Below the pieces are notes generated by a model. It did not search any database, was not told the origin of the DNA, and saw nothing but the letters and a program-made list of their open reading frames with translations. Source: Candidatus Micrarchaeota archaeon (lineage in GTDB: Archaea; Micrarchaeota; Micrarchaeia; Micrarchaeales; CABMGC01). From it: a stretch of 64,000 bases of DNA. Shown piece by piece: positions 62,004 through 64,000 of this stretch (its first letter is position 1; every line of letters starts with the position of its first letter). The position numbers and the translations under genes were made by a program. The DNA lies in the NCBI GenBank assembly GCA_021797995.1, contig JAJZYR010000001.1, forward strand, positions 6,114 to 70,113. Reading direction: 5' to 3'.

Positions 62004-62747
62004 TCATGTATATGAAAAGGCTGCGCTTATGCTTGTAACCACGGAACTGGACCCTGAGAAGATTATAGGGCCTGAGCTCTTTGCTGATCCCGCATTTACC
62101 GCACCGTAAAAGATAGGGTAGACAGGATAGCTGTTTATGGTTATGTTGCGTACCGACACTGTCGCATTTCCAGCAACTATCTGAGCCTGGCCCGTTGCAT
62201 TCAGGAGTGCTTTTTTGAGCGATTCTGATTTCAGGGCCGAGAGCTGAGATTCGGAGAACTGCGCGTTCACGTTTTCTATGTATACGCTGGATATATTCGA
62301 GAGCGCAGCAGCTGCGGCGCTTGCATTGCTGAATTCAGGTATTGTAACGGTAAGCGACTCCGCCGCTTCATACCCTGTCGCGTTGCATGTGCCATTGTAT
62401 GGCCTGCTGGCGTATATGTAATTGCACGTATTCTTCCGCACCGAGTAGTATGTCGTAGATATCAGGCTCTGGTTCCCGTTTACGTAGTTGTAAAGCGTCT
62501 TGTTTACCAGGCTTATGGTTTCAGACAGGTTTGCAGCTGCAGCCTCTGCGTCGGCTCCGGTGCCGTTCGCGGACAGTGAGATGCGTGCCTCCGACGGAAT
62601 TGCCGATGCGGAACCCGTAGCCGAGACAAAGATGGTATGCGCTCCTTGAACTGCCGACCTGCTGCCTAAAACAGGATAGAGCACCGGCACTGCAAGCAGC
62701 AGGACTGCGACAAGGGCTATTATCGCAACGATAAGATCCGCTTTCAT
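62004..62747 (-). CDS. Membrane-anchored SIMPL/DUF541-like protein
   Basis: An N-terminal TM helix is followed by IFVSATGSASAIPSEARISLSANGTGADAEAAAANLSETISLVNKTL, a SIMPL-like pattern. This is from recollection only. Confidence 0.45.
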   Translation of the reverse strand: MKADLIVAIIALVAVLLLAVPVLYPVLGSRSAVQGAHTIFVSATGSASAIPSEARISLSANGTGADAEAAAANLSETISLVNKTLYNYVNGNQSLISTTYYSVRKNTCNYIYASRPYNGTCNATGYEAAESLTVTIPEFSNASAAAAALSNISSVYIENVNAQFSESQLSALKSESLKKALLNATGQAQIVAGNATVSVRNITINSYPVYPIFYGAVNAGSAKSSGPIIFSGSSSVVTSISAAFSYT

Positions 62748-62977
62748 ACTCTGACATTGTGGTGCATATGTTTATAAGATATTGCTGGTTTCATGGGGTT
62801 TTAGTCCTGCCTGACCCATATCGCTTCCACTATGCCAAGGCATATATGCCGGCATCTTCTGGCCAGGAGCCTCGCTGGATAAGCGAGTTTACGGCAAGCT
62901 TTGCGGCATTTCCGTCAAACTGCAGATTTAGGCAATGTTTTTATAATGGGTAGGTTGCAATATATACGGGAGATCCA

Positions 62978-63118
62978 ATGGAAGCATATTGTATGAAGTG
63001 CAAGCAGAAGAAGGAGATGAAGGACGCTAAGGAAGTTACCATGAAGAATGGGAGGAAGGCGAGTTCTGGAAGTTGTCCTGTCTGCGGAACGAAGATGTTC
63101 AAGATAGGCGGGAAGTAG
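62978..63118 (+). CDS. Small zinc-ribbon protein (DUF5679-like)
   Basis: This 46-aa ORF is absent from the track. My hand translation is MEAYCMKCKQKKEMKDAKEVTMKNGRKASSGSCPVCGTKMFKIGGK, with two CxxC pairs. A TATA-like tttttataat lies ~35 nt upstream. Confidence 0.5.
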   Translation: MEAYCMKCKQKKEMKDAKEVTMKNGRKASSGSCPVCGTKMFKIGGK

Positions 63119-63197
63119 CCTTTTCATCTATTCTAATGGCAGGCCGTCCCGAGTCGTAGTTAGATTTGGTAAAGCTGCCAAGGACAGGGAAAGGGAA

Positions 63198-63380
63198 CTA
63201 CAGCCGCTGCTTGGCGCGATGAAGGAACTCAAACCGAAAAGGAGCATACTTGCGACTTTCGAGCGTATTCTCAAGAAGAGGGTTGTAGAAGTCCTTTGCA
63301 AGAACGAGCCTCTCGTCTGTCTCCCTCCGCCTCTTGGCGTCGGGATAGACCCTGAACCCGTATGCCAGCACAGCTCCCAT
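63198..63380 (-). pseudogene. tnpB (IS200/IS605-family) 5' remnant
   Basis: MGAVLAYGFRVYPDAKRRRETDERLVLAKDFYNPLLE keeps the TnpB N-terminal motif, but the ORF ends after ~60 codons. Confidence 0.55.
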
Positions 63381-63472
63381 GGCGTATGTATCGCAGCGCA
63401 TTTATACGCCTTGCTGCGGTCCGCTCTCATCCTCATTATGAATGGGCGTGATTTCCCGCTCGCAGGCCTTTA
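63381..63472 (-). repeat. IS200/IS605-type element end; inverted copy of 49542..49634
   Basis: See 49542..49634. The two are about 92% identical by hand alignment, and the region includes the TATA-like box immediately upstream of the tnpB remnant. Confidence 0.7.
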
Positions 63473-63480
63473 ATCCACTC

Positions 63481-63999
63481 TTACCTTCCGGCTTCTCTCC
63501 TCGGACCGAGTATCTTGTCAAGCGTCTTCCTGTCAAGGATCTTCATCTCAAGGCATACCTCCTTTATTGTCTTGTTCTCTTTGAGTGCCCTCCGTGCAAT
63601 CTTCGCCGCCTTTTCATAGCCTATGTACTGGTTCAGGGCTGTCGCAAGCGAGAGGTTCTCATCAAGGTGCTTTGATATGGAGGCCCTATCGGCCCTTATC
63701 CCGTTGATGCAGCTCTTCCTGAATACGCCAAGTGCATTGGCAAGTATGTCTATGGAAAAGATCGTGTTATACGATATCAGCGGCATGAAGACATTCAGTT
63801 CTAGCTGGCCGTTCTCCGCCGCTTCAGTTATGCCTGCGTTCAGCCCTATGACCTCAAAGCACACCATGGTGAGCATCTCCGGAACGCTTGGATTTACCTT
63901 GCCCGGCATTATCGACGAGCCTGGCATCGTCTCAGGCAGCAGTATCTCATGCATTCCAGCCCTGGGGCCTGATGCGAGCAGGCGCAGGTCGTTCGCTAT
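63481..63999 (-). CDS. Aspartate ammonia-lyase / class II fumarase family protein, C-terminal part; the 5' end lies outside the window
   Basis: The frame is open to the window edge. IANDLRLLASGPRAGMHEILLPETMPGSSIMPGKVNPSVPEMLTMVCFEVIG contains the GSSxMPxKxN signature, and the VPE..VCF.VIG stretch looks more AspA-like than FumC-like. Confidence 0.85.
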   Translation of the reverse strand: MANDLRLLASGPRAGMHEILLPETMPGSSIMPGKVNPSVPEMLTMVCFEVIGLNAGITEAAENGQLELNVFMPLISYNTIFSIDILANALGVFRKSCINGIRADRASISKHLDENLSLATALNQYIGYEKAAKIARRALKENKTIKEVCLEMKILDRKTLDKILGPRREAGR

Positions 64000-64000
64000 C

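Noticed and set aside
1-64000. I looked for a CRISPR array, rRNA genes and cas-like genes.
   Set aside because: I saw no regularly spaced short direct repeats anywhere, no rRNA-like sequence, and no Cas, reverse-transcriptase (YxDD) or Argonaute-like motifs in the translations.

Overview
This window is an archaeal chromosomal segment, gene-dense on both strands. All calls come from reading the supplied translations and the DNA by eye; no searches were run.

Core content:
- Translation genes: a primase PriS 3' fragment; the L30e-S12-S7-EF2 cluster; L7Ae-S28e-L24e; L15e; the L3-L4-L23-L2-S19-L22-S3-L29-SUI1 operon; S24e-S27ae-aIF5A; aIF5B and Ndk.
- Other housekeeping: a histone, Hel308, SepF plus two adjacent FtsZ genes, an Ogt-like domain, ATP-dependent DNA ligase, a class II LysRS and an AspA/FumC-family fragment.
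- A suf operon (regulator-sufB-sufD-sufC-sufS) in which SufB carries a 171-aa mini-intein.
- A 10-subunit NADH-dehydrogenase-like operon (nuoABCD ... HIJKLN) with no E/F/G and no M.
- Two tRNAs: Thr-CGU and Lys-UUU. I found no rRNA and no CRISPR array.

Accessory content and second-look items:
1. A perfect 90-bp direct repeat pair brackets a ~2-kb low-GC insertion that carries an ORFan with an internal HTH-like tandem duplication.
2. A tightly packed, lower-GC cluster encodes KaiC-like ATPase, double-V4R protein, divergent GGGPS/PcrB-like enzyme, HAD phosphatase and a second KaiC-like ATPase. It sits beside a 1027-aa four-module beta-helix surface protein.
3. The nuo operon is split between nuoD and nuoH by an island holding an ATP-grasp-like ORF abutting nuoD, an opposite-strand HAD gene and an IS remnant. 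The remnant's promoter points into nuoH.
4. Five decayed IS200/IS605-type tnpB 5' remnants are present. Two share a ~92% identical end and two abut tRNA genes.
5. In two genes the homology extends upstream of any canonical start codon, to a CTG.

The lineage cannot be fixed from this window. Small proteins, a histone and heavily N-x-S/T-decorated surface proteins would fit a small-genome archaeon.
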